Shown here: one piece after another, positions 36,715 through 49,163 of the stretch
Position numbering within the stretch: the stretch's first letter is position 1
Layout: each line of letters starts with the position of its first letter
Source of the DNA: Eledone cirrhosa
Lineage: Eukaryota
Length of the DNA: 64,000 bases
Direction of reading: 5' to 3'
NCBI GenBank assembly: GCA_964016885.1
Contig: OZ024750.1
Location: 22,816,001-22,880,000 of the forward strand
The notes under the pieces: model-generated
Told to the model about the DNA's origin: nothing
The model's database searches: none
The model's input: the letters and a program-made list of their open reading frames with translations, nothing else
Program-made: the position numbers and the translations under genes

Positions 36715-38090
36715 CATAGGTCAGCGATCTCAGAGGCATCATCGCGCGTAGAGCCGACCGCGTCCACCAGTGCTCTCCATCATTGGCGGTCCTGTACCAG
36801 CCCCTCTGCATCTTCCAAAGTGACGTCGAGCCTCTGGAGATCTTCCTTAATTAAATCCAGCCATCTGGTGTGGGGCCTCTTTCAGCCCGCAGCTGCTGAG
36901 TCGATCGAGAGTAAGGTCGTGGTTGAATGATCTGGCTGGAGGCGGAGGACATATCCGTACCAGCGAATGCGGCGGGTGACTATGATGCGGAAGGCTGTGT
37001 GTTGAGGCATGCGCACACGTAGCTCATCGTTGGAAACCTGGTGGTACCATCTGATGTTCTCTATGGTTCTCAGGGCTCTGCTATCGAAGCTGTCGATCCT
37101 CTTTTCTAGGGTCTTCGCGAAGGGCCACGTTTCTGCTCCTTAGAGGAGAAAGGTGAGGACCAACGCGTTGTAGATACGGAGCTTCGTCTTTCGGGAGATA
37201 GAGCAGTGGCGCCAAAGGGGTTTCCATAGGGAGTGTATGACCCCGGCGGCCAGTTCACATCTGCAGTTGATCTCTGGAGTCAGGTTCCATTGTTAGTGAC
37301 TGTGGAGCCCAGGTAAATGAAGGAGCTGACAAAGTCGAGGCCAATGTGAGGCGAAGGACGATCCGAGCCATCACCGACATGCATCAACTTGTTCTTCACC
37401 TAGCTCACCTGAAGGCCAAACTTTGCTGTTTCCTTCCGGTATATGGTCAGTGCGATCCTGAGCTGATCGAACGAGTTGCTGAATAGAGTGGTGCCGTCCG
37501 CGTACTCCAGATCGGTAACATGGTGGTGCCCGAAAGTAATTCGCTCACAGACCTTGGTTATTAGATAGTCAATAAAAAGGTCGGGGCCAGCCCTGTGTGA
37601 CCCCGCTGTTGATGGGGAACCACTCGAAATCCTTCCCGTTCACTCGCACACAGCTCTCGGCACTGCTATAGAGCCGGTGCAACAGGATGGTGATCTTGAG
37701 AATTTTCCAGAGGGATGCGTGGAAGACCCTATCGAAAGCTGCCTTGAAGTAGACGAAGGCAACGATCTTTGCGCAACTTGAGTGCAGCGTCTGTTTCTAA
37801 TGGCGAGAAGAACACTGCTGAGGAGGATCTTGGTGAATAGCTTGCTCGGGATGGAGAGGAGGATGATGTCCCTGTGGTTGCTGCAGAAGAGTTTGTCGCC
37901 CTTCCGTTTCCAGAAGGAGATGACGATGCCTCAGGTTCAATCATTTGGTAGCCGCTCTGACACCCATATATGGTTGATGATGCGGGTGAGCCCCTGGATC
38001 ATGTTATTTCCACCCGCCTTCTACATCTCCGCGGTGATAGTGCAGATCCCAGGCTCTTTGCGGTTATGGAGCTTCTTCAAGGCGGCACTG
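36715..38090 (-). mobile_element. GC-rich RTE-clade LINE, 5'-truncated and degraded (third family)
   Basis: Minus-strand remnants AFVYFKAAFDRV, LYSSAESCVRVNG, DLEYADGTTLF, FIYLGS, TKLRIYNALVL, RRIRWYGYVLR; multiple indels. Confidence 0.85.
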
Positions 38091-38197
38091 AATATATACT
38101 TTCGACACACACACAAGCACGCGCGCGCGCGCACACACACACACACACACATATATATACATATATAAGATCCCACTTTTAATCTCTGCTTATATAT

Positions 38198-38240
<43 letters not shown>

Positions 38241-38241
<1 letters not shown>

Positions 38242-38300
38242 GGTAGATCACTCAGTCCATGGGACATATATATATGTCCCATGGACTGAGTGATCTACCA
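38241..38300. repeat. Perfect 60-bp palindrome centred on (TA)n
   Basis: tggtagatcactcagtccatgggacatata|tatatgtcccatggactgagtgatctacca. Confidence 0.9.
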
Positions 38301-38751
38301 CTACGGATACATGGCTTGTTGAATTTAATGGATTAAGGTCGGCCATTTTTCGGGAGTTTTTTTGTTGGCCTAAATTGAAATCCCAGCCTTTGAGATGTAG
38401 TCTTGATTATGTGATATTTATTGTATTTATAAAACTCTTGTATGGTCGTCAGAGACAGCAAGCTGAATCATTTCTTAGCGGAATATTGTTGAATTATTAT
38501 TCATACTGTTTCGTTCTCACAATCGTCGCCGTCATCCTCATCATCAAAAATGCGTGAAAATAATAGAAGGGAACAATTCGCCTCCCACTCCCTATATTAT
38601 TATAAAGACTCTTTAGCCATGTGCACCCTTCTAAGCTATGAATGATCCCATAACTTGTGAAAACATTGAAATATCGGTAAATGGAAATAAAATCGCAGGG
38701 AAAAAGTCACAGAAAAATGTTTCCACAATCAACCATGATAACACGCCACAT

Positions 38752-38813
<62 letters not shown>

Positions 38814-40551
38814 TAGGTAATTCCGAAGGAAAAGCAAAGGAATAAAGAGTGCTCTATGTATAGAACAGAGCTATTTAATTAGAAAGTGAACAACACAAAA
38901 TATAACTACTCCATTACCAAAGGTTTTTGGATCCCAGACAATATTAATATACAGCTGGATCGGTCATCAGGCATATTTTTTATCCATAACATCTCTGTCT
39001 GATGACCGGTCATCTTAAAACCTGATAAGAATATGCTGTGCTTCACAAGTCACTCAGTATTTTTAAAAAATCTCCCTTAGTTTAGAGAATCCAAGAAATA
39101 AAACGTAACATTTTATTTAAATGTCTCACAAAAGGCAATTTATTTAAAACAGTTGAAATTTATAGATATAAGACCAAACAAAAACACTGAAGACGTTTAA
39201 ATTCCAGCCTAAACAATTTTTCCTTGTCAAACGTGACATTTTTTCTGTGATGTGTCTTCCATCCACCAAATTACACCCTACCATTTTAAATAAACCCAAA
39301 ACAAATTGGTTAATGCAATCCGAGATACCTCTAAATTACAAAATACACACGGTCAGAATGATCTGACCCGATATCTCGGCCCCAAATGGCCAAAGATAGG
39401 AAGTGGTGGAGGTTAACCAAGGAGGAATTCCTCCAACTAGAGTAAGAAGGCTTTGGGTTCAGATTAAACCGCTTTAAAAAAATTATTTGCGAATAAGGTG
39501 ATTGTACCCTCACCCAGTTTTAAAAGCAGTCACTGTGTTCACAAAGTATCAGCTTAAAGAAAGGAAGAACACGCTAGATAATGTAATCTACAATATCTGA
39601 ATTTTAAAAATCGAATAGTCAAAGCTGAAAAGTCTTTGGCTATAGGGGTATATGTTGACGATTGCGGCGTAATTAAAAAATGGAACCAACAATACTCGAA
39701 ATGTAAAAATAAATAATTTGGGTTTCTTAAATTAGCGAAACGAATATGTTCCGTCTTAGTATGGGTTTCTTATCTCCGATCCCAATAATAAGTCCATGAA
39801 ATGTCTATATTCTAATTAATTTTATTTTGCATCGAATTAAATACTTTCAATTTAACTAAATGTTTTCCCCTTAATACTCGTGTTTTTAAAAACACAGGAA
39901 ACGTTAAGTATATTTTGTTTGCATTTAAAAGCATTAGTTGTTACACCTTCTAAAAATTTACATTATTTCAGTTTCAAACTATTAAGGATGAAAATGTTAT
40001 AGACACACACACGTATATATATATATATATATATATGAAAAGAAACTTATTTGTTTCGGAAATTCAGGAGAGCCAGGTTAAATTCTTTTTACGTTCCCCA
40101 TTATCATTTGTTCTATTTTTAATTACGCCACTATTTCCAACTTTTACCGCTTACAGGTATGACTCTTTCTAAACAAGTTATCGTAATTATACATTCACAG
40201 GTTTGTAAATCTCTCAAAATAATGCAAAGTAACGCTACTTTAAAATGAATTCATCATAAATTTAAGTATAAAATTGTTATCCATTTGATACGTATTTAAT
40301 TTGCTGTACTACTCGGGCTGGCGGAACTACTTACTAGGACTACTAGAAACAAGTATAACTTTATTAGAGGCAATAATATTGAAACATGAACGCCCTATTC
40401 CATGCTTTTACAGACCTCTACTTAGAGTAAATAGATATTTAATCTAACGCTGATGAATAATAACATATACGGACATTGCCTGCTCTCTTTCTCGCTTGCT
40501 ATTACAATAAAATGTTAACAAAGACAATAATTGAGAAATTGTGGCTACTTA

Positions 40552-40705
40552 TAGAAATGGCCGACATTTAAGTGAGCTGCGCATGCGCTCTCCAATTGGC
40601 CGCCAACGTGGCCACCAGTGCTACATCAGTTATCGTCTGGTGAGGACATTTATTCAACGTTTTTTTTTTACTGCACGAATATTTACATATATTTCTTTGC
40701 TCAAG
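40552..40705 (+). promoter_or_regulatory. Likely TAF12 promoter and non-coding first exon
   Basis: Small CpG-rich patch with YY1-like AAATGGCCG, NRF1-type TGCGCATGCGC (40578-40588), CCAATTGG (40592-40599) and a downstream AAG|gtaaat donor at 40705/40706. Confidence 0.5.
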
Positions 40706-41829
40706 GTAAATATTTACATTCCTCTCTTCTTGTTTAAAATAACTGCTCCTATATCTGCTACTGATCATGTATAATCATATCCTGGTTAGACAGTCTCCAG
40801 TTATCCATCAACACAACTTTTGTGTTGTTATTTTTATCTCAAATATTTTCTAACGTTAACCTATCTGCCTTATTATTTTTATAATATACTTAGAAAATAT
40901 TCACTTTTGATCGATTATATTATGTTATATGAAGTAGAAAACGTATATATATATGAAGAAATGAAGTCAATATATTATATTTCAAGATATTGTAAACCCT
41001 ATATATAATTATATATTTACAAATCTACCCTCAGTAAAACATGCTCTAAAAATTGGTGACCCAAAGATCAAGAATTAAAAACAAAGCTTTTTCATAATCT
41101 CAGACTTTCATGTTACTTAAACATAAGATCTTACAAGTTAAAAAAAAGTGTTTCTTATTTATGTTTTTCCAGAGGCCCAATGAACTATATCACTGGACTT
41201 CGTCAGATATGTCCTAACTAAATATTTACTTCACTATGTCTTAGCTTGGGTGTTTACTCACATCACCTTTTGACTCGGGAGTGGTTGCAAATGAGAACTT
41301 ACCTCTTCAAAACACACGTGTGTACGTGATGTATGTGCATATTGGAATTTAACGTCAATTTGATATATATATATATATATACATTTTAACCTAAAACTTT
41401 AGTGTTCAAAACGCACTCATATTCACATGTATTGTGTGTCAAACTGTTAATATCAAATGTTTAATGTCAAACTTAATATTCTCAACTTTCACATTGGTTT
41501 GATTTCTCTTCTTTCGTTTGTACCTGTATATGTGTATGTTTATATATATATAAAGTATTTATGTATATATATGTGGGTGTATGTATATATATAAATACTT
41601 ATATATATATATTTATACTCACATACACACACACACATATATATATATATATTTATGTGTGTGTGTATATATATATATTCATTAAGGCTAAATAGTGAGT
41701 CTTTGAAGTTTTACCTGTTTATCACAGGGTCATAAGACGTATGTGTGTGTGTATCTGTATATACATCTGGCAGAATTCTACGTTCTGGAATAATTAGTAA
41801 GGGCCTTACAAGCTTACAGGGGAACAATC

Positions 41830-42200
41830 AGAAAGGTGAGGGTAAACCATGAATTTAGCATGCAAGTAGGGTTCTATCAGGGTTCAGTTACCATCCACTC
41901 TTATTTATTCCTTTATGCCAATAACGTGGTTCTTATAGCAAAATCTGCGAAAGATTTAGGGAAGAATTTCCAAACAGGGAAGCAAAACCATTGGATTGAA
42001 GATCTCAAAGTAAATTTGGCAAAGATCACAGTGTTGATAAGTGGGAAATCCAGAACTCTGATACTTTAGAGAAATGACCCTGCTTGATATGCATAAAAGG
42101 AGTTGGTAGACATTTCATAGAGTGTAAACTATAGACACAAGAGATTTTGTGGTGTCACAGGCAGGCTGAGAGAAGAGGTGGACTTTGTATGTTGCAGAAG
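41830..42200 (+). mobile_element. RTE LINE internal fragment, degraded
   Basis: VGFYQGSV...LYANNVVLIA...LKVNLAKITVL parallels the 879-aa ORF. Confidence 0.7.
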
Positions 42201-42835
42201 ATCAAGATTAGTTTGTAGCAAGAATAGACAAAAAGAAGTATTTGATAGCAAAAGCTATCATGTCACCATTTCTCTGGTGACAGAATGTGGGATTTGAACT
42301 CAAGAGCTAATGATGATGATATGGTTTTAGCTATTTGATACTGCCTATGCTTTTCAAATTATTTTGAAAATAATCAAGAATTTAGTAATATAACCAATTT
42401 TCTCATTATTAAGGTGTTGTTTGGAACATAACTTAAATATTCTTACATAGAAATATGATAGAAGATTTCTTTTTTAGATAAATACAAAACACTTAAGTAA
42501 ACAGTTTTATTTTGTAGAACCAAAGGCGGTTTGGTGATAAACACCAGCAGCAACCCATTTTTCTTGGTAAAACAGGAGTTAGCTTTGTGGGGCTCCATGA
42601 AGCCCTTCATGCTTATCATGGGGTCCTTTTTTGAAGCAATATTTTGCCACTGGAGACTTTTCCTGGTGCCAACCTTTCTAGTCACTTTTTATGGCATGTA
42701 AGAATATAGTGTACCTATTCTAAACCAGATACACACAGCATTTGGTATCAAATGAATTAAACTAATTCCTCATATTTGTCGTCCATATCAATAAAGTGTT
42801 TTTTTTTTTCCATTTTTGATAGAATTTTCCTCACA

Positions 42836-43063
42836 ATGAACAAATTACCTGGAATGGGTGAGAATAACTGCCCTGTTGTGAGTACCAGTCAAATGATGGC
42901 TTTGAACCAGCCTCCAGCAGGTCTACGGCCTGTAATCACAACTCAGGTGAACACAGCAATGTCTGTGTCCCCAGCAGAGAGTAAGGTTCTCGACAAACGG
43001 CGACTGCAGGAGCTTGTCAAGGAAGTCGATCCTCTTGAACAACTTGATGAAGATGTAGAAGAG
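42836..43063 (+). CDS. TAF12: TAF12 coding exon 1
   Basis: ATG 42836 after tag acceptor at 42820-42822; GAG|gtaggt donor. Confidence 0.92.
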
Positions 43064-44912
43064 GTAGGTAACTGTCATTTGTATATTATTTCTTCATTGG
43101 CTAGCATAGGCATTGCTTGTCCCACAATAAATGCATCCAGTTGCATTCTTAAAAGTGGTAGTGCTGGTGCTAAGATAAAATGCATCCAATACACTGTAAA
43201 ATGGTAGTACTAGTGCCAAGATAAAATGCATCCAGTACATTCTGTGAAGTGGTTGGTATTAGGAAGCGTACAAACCATGCCAAACATGAAATATATGAGT
43301 AAGATGATAATGATAATAGTGTTTCTAGAGCAGACACTATTATAGTGTGTGCTTGTGCTGACCTAGCACAGGGACAGTAGATTTAATCCATTTTACTGTT
43401 TAACATCACCACTTGGCTGTGGGATACATTTAGCAGAGTCTATTCTGTTGCAAGCATTTAGGCAATGCTTCTAGTTTGAGCATATGTCTCTCAAGTACAT
43501 ATCGGAGATCACCTTCTGGTGAGTTAAGCATTACCATGCCGGCTACAAATTGCAGCTGACTGATCCTCACCAGCCAGTATGTCTATCCACTTCCTGCCTG
43601 GCTGTGTATGTTCATCCTGTTGATGAAGATTATGAGCAGGAGAGGTGACAGTATCCACTCTTGGCGGAGTCTGACTCCCACATTAAATGATTTTGATTTA
43701 GCATAATTTATCCAAGCACAAATACCAGGGCATTTGTATAGAGACATCAGGGCAACAAGAAACTGTCCATCGATCCCATACTCCCGCAGAACCTTCAGGT
43801 CCCGTGGAATGTAGTTGTATGCTTTTTCGAGGCCTACAGAGCAAGAATACACTTCTTGGCAGTACTCCCATGATCTTTCAAAGACCTGCTGCAGTATGAA
43901 TATTTGGTTGGCTGTGTAGCATCTGGAGCAAAGACCACACTATTCATCAGCTAGCTTGAACTCCTCAATCTCCTTATATCTCTTTGCCAGAAACTTAGCA
44001 TAGATTAGTTCCTGCTCCTTACGTTTAAGAGTTGTGATGTTCCAGGTTCCAATGATTAAGGTTTGCTCCCAGAATAAGTTGCAGTCACATCGCCAGTTTT
44101 TGCAGCATGAGATGGAGACTGCAAAATGTTTTTCACACAAGCCCCCTCTAGTTAAGGCTTAAGTGCGTCCCATGTTAACCCGCATGAAGGATGATGTGGT
44201 ATTGTGTCTAGCCATATTGCAGTGTTTTGGTGGTCTTATTCATACCAGTCACTAATCCGGTACTTTTCTCAGACCTGCAGTGTTCTTTCCAACTTACTAA
44301 AAGTTTGAAAACCCTAAACAATATAGTACAAGGTACATGTGGGGAAATTACCTCAAATTCAAAACAAATCAACTTGTAATTAGCATCAATACTAAATGCT
44401 ACTATCAGTCAATAAACATGTTTTCTAATACCTTTCTACTCTGTTAGTTGAAACAAGTAATTTCATATTTCAGGTGTTGTTACAAATAGCTGATGACTTT
44501 ATTGAAAATGTTGTAACTAATGCGTGCCAAATAGCTAAACATCGAAAATCTAATGTTCTAGAAGTGAAAGATGTCCAGTTACACTTGGGTAAGTTGTTTT
44601 ATATACTGTATTGAGGATTATAATTTACACATAAACATGTCATATTGATACAGTACTTTTCATTATGTTGACTATGTTAGCATTGTGTTTTAAACTTGTG
44701 TATATGTGAGTTTATGTATGTTGCTAAAATCTGTCTTTCTCATACTGGTGGCTGTTGTAGGTAAGTGGTTGGTTTACAGACTATAGGGATGTGGGTCTTT
44801 TAGTCGCAGTTATAAGTAAGTCAGCTGTTGGTTTAATGGTAATATGGATGGTGTCTGAGGTTGAGTTGAGGTGTTGTTTAGTTTATGGGTAAGAGCAATT
44901 GATGGTCTTAAT

Positions 44913-44943
<31 letters not shown>

Positions 44944-47141
44944 CCATAAAAAATCTGAGGCCATATTCAGTTGGTTCAGGTTTATTTAAAATATGTTATA
45001 TATGAGGACGATCAGTTATGATAGCCTGGCAACATTTATACAGGTAATTGAGCACTTCCTTTTATCTGCTTCATAACCGACAGACCATAATGTGGTCTAC
45101 ATATCCCTGTTCGGTTAACCCCATACTATATATTTAGTGGTTGTGTTGGTAAGATGTTTTACTTCAAAACCCTGTGATTTGATTTCTGGTTCAATTCCAC
45201 AATATGACACCTTGGTGCTGTGTAAGTGAAATTTGGTAATAGAACATGTATGCCATCCCATTGGGTTTGTGTGTTATGATTGGGAAAAACTGGTACATTA
45301 CAAGTTAGAAATACAGAAGTGAACACTCGGGTAAAGTAAGAAAAACAAAATAGTTTTAAACTTTTACTTAATATTTCGAGGTTAAAACCCTTTTTTTAAA
45401 AGAAAATAATCAGTGTGGCATTGTTGTGAGCTGTTTTCTGTTGTATTGGAAGGGGGTTGGTGACATGTGTAGACTGGTGTAGTCACAATAGCCAATTAGT
45501 TCCATGTAAATCATTCCTGTCATTTATAATCAGTTTAATCTTGATGAGAATTGCCTCTTTGATGTGTATGTATATATATATATGTTTTTTACATATATTT
45601 CTAAATGTTTATTTTGTTCTCTTTAGAACGTAACTGGAATATGTGGGTTCCTGGTTTTGGTTCTGAAGATCTTCGACCATATAAGAAAGCAGTTGTTACT
45701 GATGCTCACAAGCAGGTAAGTAAATTCTTTTTAACAAATAGCTTGATCTTTTTTCTTTCTCTTCCCCTTTCTCTCTCTCACATGTACATACATACACATA
45801 CATGTATGTGTGTTGGACCTCCATTGCTTATGGAGATCAAAAGACCAGCCTGCTTATGAAATTAACATGCAAATGGCTGAGCAGTCCACAGACATGTATC
45901 TTTAACCCTTTAGCATTCACATTATTTTATATATACTATTATATTTTCATGGTAAAGACTTTACTTCACATAATATCGAATCTATGAGATTTTGAAAGTA
46001 TTTATTTTGAGAACAATACCTTAACATCAGTATGAGTGGCCAGTTTCAACAGAAAGAGGTAAAGAATTCTGGCCTGTTTGAACATTAAAGGGTTAAAATG
46101 TAGTTTCAGATAAATTCAGCTTGACATAGTATGTGGTATGGCTGGGCTTTGATTTACACATTTTTTTCAAACTGAGAGGACTGGAGCAATGGGAAATAAA
46201 GTGTCTTGCTCAAGGGCACAACGAGTTGCCAGTAAATGAATTCATAACCATATGGATGTGGACCAAACAATCTGTCCACTAAGCCATATGACTCACCACA
46301 CACACACTAATACATCCATTTACAACCTGATTGCAATGTGTTCTTAAACAATTTACTGATAATAAGTTTATTTTAAAATGTTTATATTTATTTATTTATT
46401 TATATAAGGACTTTTTCTCTTCCAAACACCAGCTTGTTAATGAGAAAGTTATATTAAATCCTTCCAAATTGCTGATTGTTTTCGAAATTATTTGAGAATT
46501 ACAGGCAGTGTCTTTTGTTAGAAATATCAAAACAAAGGGTTAAAATAAAGTGTGGCTAGGTGTCGGGGAGAGCATCCAGGTGTGGAAAGCATGCTTTAAA
46601 AAAATGTCATCTAAGCCATGCAAGTATTGAAAAAGTTGATGTAAAAACAATACCGAGGAGGTTGATTCTTTTATCATTTTCATCATTCATTTCATCCGCT
46701 TTTCCCTGCTTGCAAGCGTGGGATGGGAACTGATTCTGGCTTGATTTCTACAGCTAGATGCCCATCCTAACACCAACCTCATTTACAGTGAGTGCTGGGT
46801 GCTTTTTTTTCTGTGGCGCCTACAGGTCCACTTTACAGTGTGGGCTGTGCTTTTTTGCTGTGACACCTCCACGACCACTTTGCAGTGGAATGATAGGGAC
46901 CCCAGTCCTATCATCTCATTTCTACAGCTGAGTAAACGAGCAATGTGAAATAAAGTGTCTTGCTCAAGGAAACAACACATCACCCGGTCTGAGAATTGAA
47001 CTCACAACCTTTCGATTGCAAGCCCAATGCCATGTGCCTCCATCTTGATTCATATAATTTCTTTCCATTCCATTTATATATATATTCTTTGTTTGTTTTC
47101 AGAGAATGGCTTTAATCAAGAAGACCTTGAAGAAATACTAG
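42836..47141 (+). CDS. TAF12: Transcription initiation factor TFIID subunit 12, 156 aa
   Basis: join 42836-43063, 44474-44588, 45627-45715, 47103-47141; VLDKRRLQELVKEVDPLEQLDEDVEEVLLQIADDFIENVVTNACQIAKHRKSNVLEVKDVQLHLERNWNMWVPGFG...AHKQRMALIKK is the TAF12 histone fold. Confidence 0.96.
43400..44090 (-). mobile_element. RTE LINE fragments (deleted, degraded) in a TAF12 intron
   Basis: IGTWNITTL (APE start), LEKAYNYIPR, GVRLRQEWILSPLL remnants. Confidence 0.7.
44474..44588 (+). CDS. TAF12: TAF12 coding exon 2
   Basis: VLLQIADDFIENVV...DVQLHL; cag acceptor, gtaag donor. Confidence 0.95.
45627..45715 (+). CDS. TAF12: TAF12 coding exon 3
   Basis: ERNWNMWVPGFGSEDLRPYKKAVVTDAHKQ; tag acceptor, gtaagt donor. 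Confidence 0.95.
45902..46096. mobile_element. piggyBac-type MITE
   Basis: ttaaccctttagcattcac...taaagggttaa. Confidence 0.7.
47103..47141 (+). CDS. TAF12: TAF12 last coding exon
   Basis: RMALIKKTLKKY*; cag acceptor. Confidence 0.92.
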   Translation, partial: RMALIKKTLKKY

Positions 47142-47598
47142 TGTGATATGATGATTTCATTCGAACAAACATTGAACTGCTGACTTAGTTCAAGTGTAAC
47201 CTGTCACACACCAATGCATCACATCTATCATATTAATGTGGTTAAATTTTCCAATCACTCCTTGTAGATGTTATGCCAGAAGCAAGTTATCTTAGTGCCT
47301 ACCAAGCAGCTGGTACATAAGATGATGATGTTGATGGGTCTTTGGTCAGCTAGCATCTGTAGGAGATTACGGACGGTGCTGTCGGTCAGCGATATGCCAA
47401 TTTACATAATATTGCTGAACCATAATATTTAAATTAACGATGCCTATCTTATTTAATTTATGGACATAAACATCCTTTAAGTAAGTAAAGAGAACATCTA
47501 TTATGATGAATACTCTTGACTTATTGACTTAGTCTAATTAGGTTTTATATAAACACACATACGCACATATATATATGTGTGTGTGTTAAATGATGATG

Positions 47599-47630
<32 letters not shown>

Positions 47631-47799
47631 GTGTATATACATGTATATGTATATTTTATATATTTTTCTGTGCATTGTATAAATTCAGATCTGTCTTTGT
47701 CGGTTGTCTCTGCAACATGTGATGCTATATTTATGCTCTTTGAGTCTCAACTCAAAGCAATTTTCTCCACTATTGTGTGTTTGATAATTCTATTTGACA

Positions 47800-47944
<145 letters not shown>

Positions 47945-48080
47945 CAAAAGGGATATTTAATTTGTTGGTAATTCAACAAATATAAATGTTTATAACTGAT
48001 TCGAAGCACTTGACAGGTTTTCTGGAGTATAATATTCAATGATATTAAATAAATGGAAACTATATTTATAAAACCATATT

Positions 48081-48141
48081 TATTCTATTATATATATTTC
48101 AAGGGTACCAAAACTTTGGTACGCCCTCATCAGATAAAATA
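48081..48141 (-). ncRNA. Minimal type I hammerhead ribozyme (family B)
   Basis: Reverse complement reads TATTTTAT CTGATGA GGGCGTACCAAA GT TTTGGTACCCTT GAAA TATATAT A ATAGAATA. Confidence 0.7.
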
Positions 48142-48265
48142 TAAAGTTTGTTTTATAAATATTGACATAACCAGGAAGAACTTAATGGTTCAAGTTTTTC
48201 CAGGAAAAACTTGAACCGTTAAGTTCTTCTTCCTGGTTATGTCAATATTTATAAAACAAACTTTA

Positions 48266-48326
48266 TATTTTATCTGATGAGGGCATACCAAAGTTTTGGT
48301 ACCCTTGAAATATATATAATAGAATA
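48266..48326 (+). ncRNA. Minimal type I hammerhead ribozyme (family B)
   Basis: TATTTTAT CTGATGA GGGCATACCAAA GT TTTGGTACCCTT GAAA TATATAT A ATAGAATA; predicted cleavage after 48318. Confidence 0.65.
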
Positions 48327-48960
48327 AATATAGTTTCCATTTATTTAATATCATTGAATATATATATATATAAATATATAATCATCAATTAAAACATTAA
48401 AACTTTTCTCAAAGTACAACCCAATACAATAATGAGATTTTGTTTATTAATTGTGTTGTGATTTAATCCAACATTTTGTGGGAGCAATTAAAAAAAATTA
48501 AGTGTGGTGATATGTTACCACTTGGACTAATACCCATCTGTTTATGTTTATGTACCAACTTTCTATGTGATCCCATATTCTCCCTTACTCCCTGTGTACA
48601 TAAATACATACCTTGCTCAGTGAGATAGGCCTCGGAACCACTTCTCAACCATACTGCCTTATCTGCAGTTAGAACTATGTGGAGAAAATTTAATGCAGTT
48701 GAATTTTTCCCTGATATTCATCTGAATAAGATTAGAAACCATGTTTCCAATATTTATAAAAATTGTTGAGAAATGATGGTGCCTGAATTGATCAGTTATT
48801 AGTGTCACATCTTTCTTAGTCTGTCACTGGCACTTCACAGTTTCAAAGATCAAGATACCACATTGATACCACATTGACCAAGATCAATTTTGGTTTTATG
48901 AAATAAAGCCACCCATTTTAAAGGGTACCTCTTTGGATTAAAATCTTCCAACATTATTTG

Positions 48961-49163
48961 TTAACCCTTTACCATTTAAACCAGCCAGAATTCTTTCACC
49001 TTTGTGTTCAAACTAGATGCAACTGGCCACTCAAACTGATGTTAAGGTATTATTCTCAAAATAAATAATATTAAAATATTAAAAGATAAATAAATAATAT
49101 TAAAAGATTCGATATGTGAGCTAAAACCTACAGTAGTAAATATAGAGTAATGTAAATGGTTAA
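48961..49163. mobile_element. piggyBac-type MITE (degenerate right end)
   Basis: ttaaccctttaccatttaaaccagcc...gtaaatggttaa. Confidence 0.6.

Noticed and set aside
41155-41212. Minus-strand CTGACGA followed by a 9-bp stem (hammerhead-like)
   Set aside because: GAAA is displaced by several nucleotides and neither stem I nor stem III can be formed.
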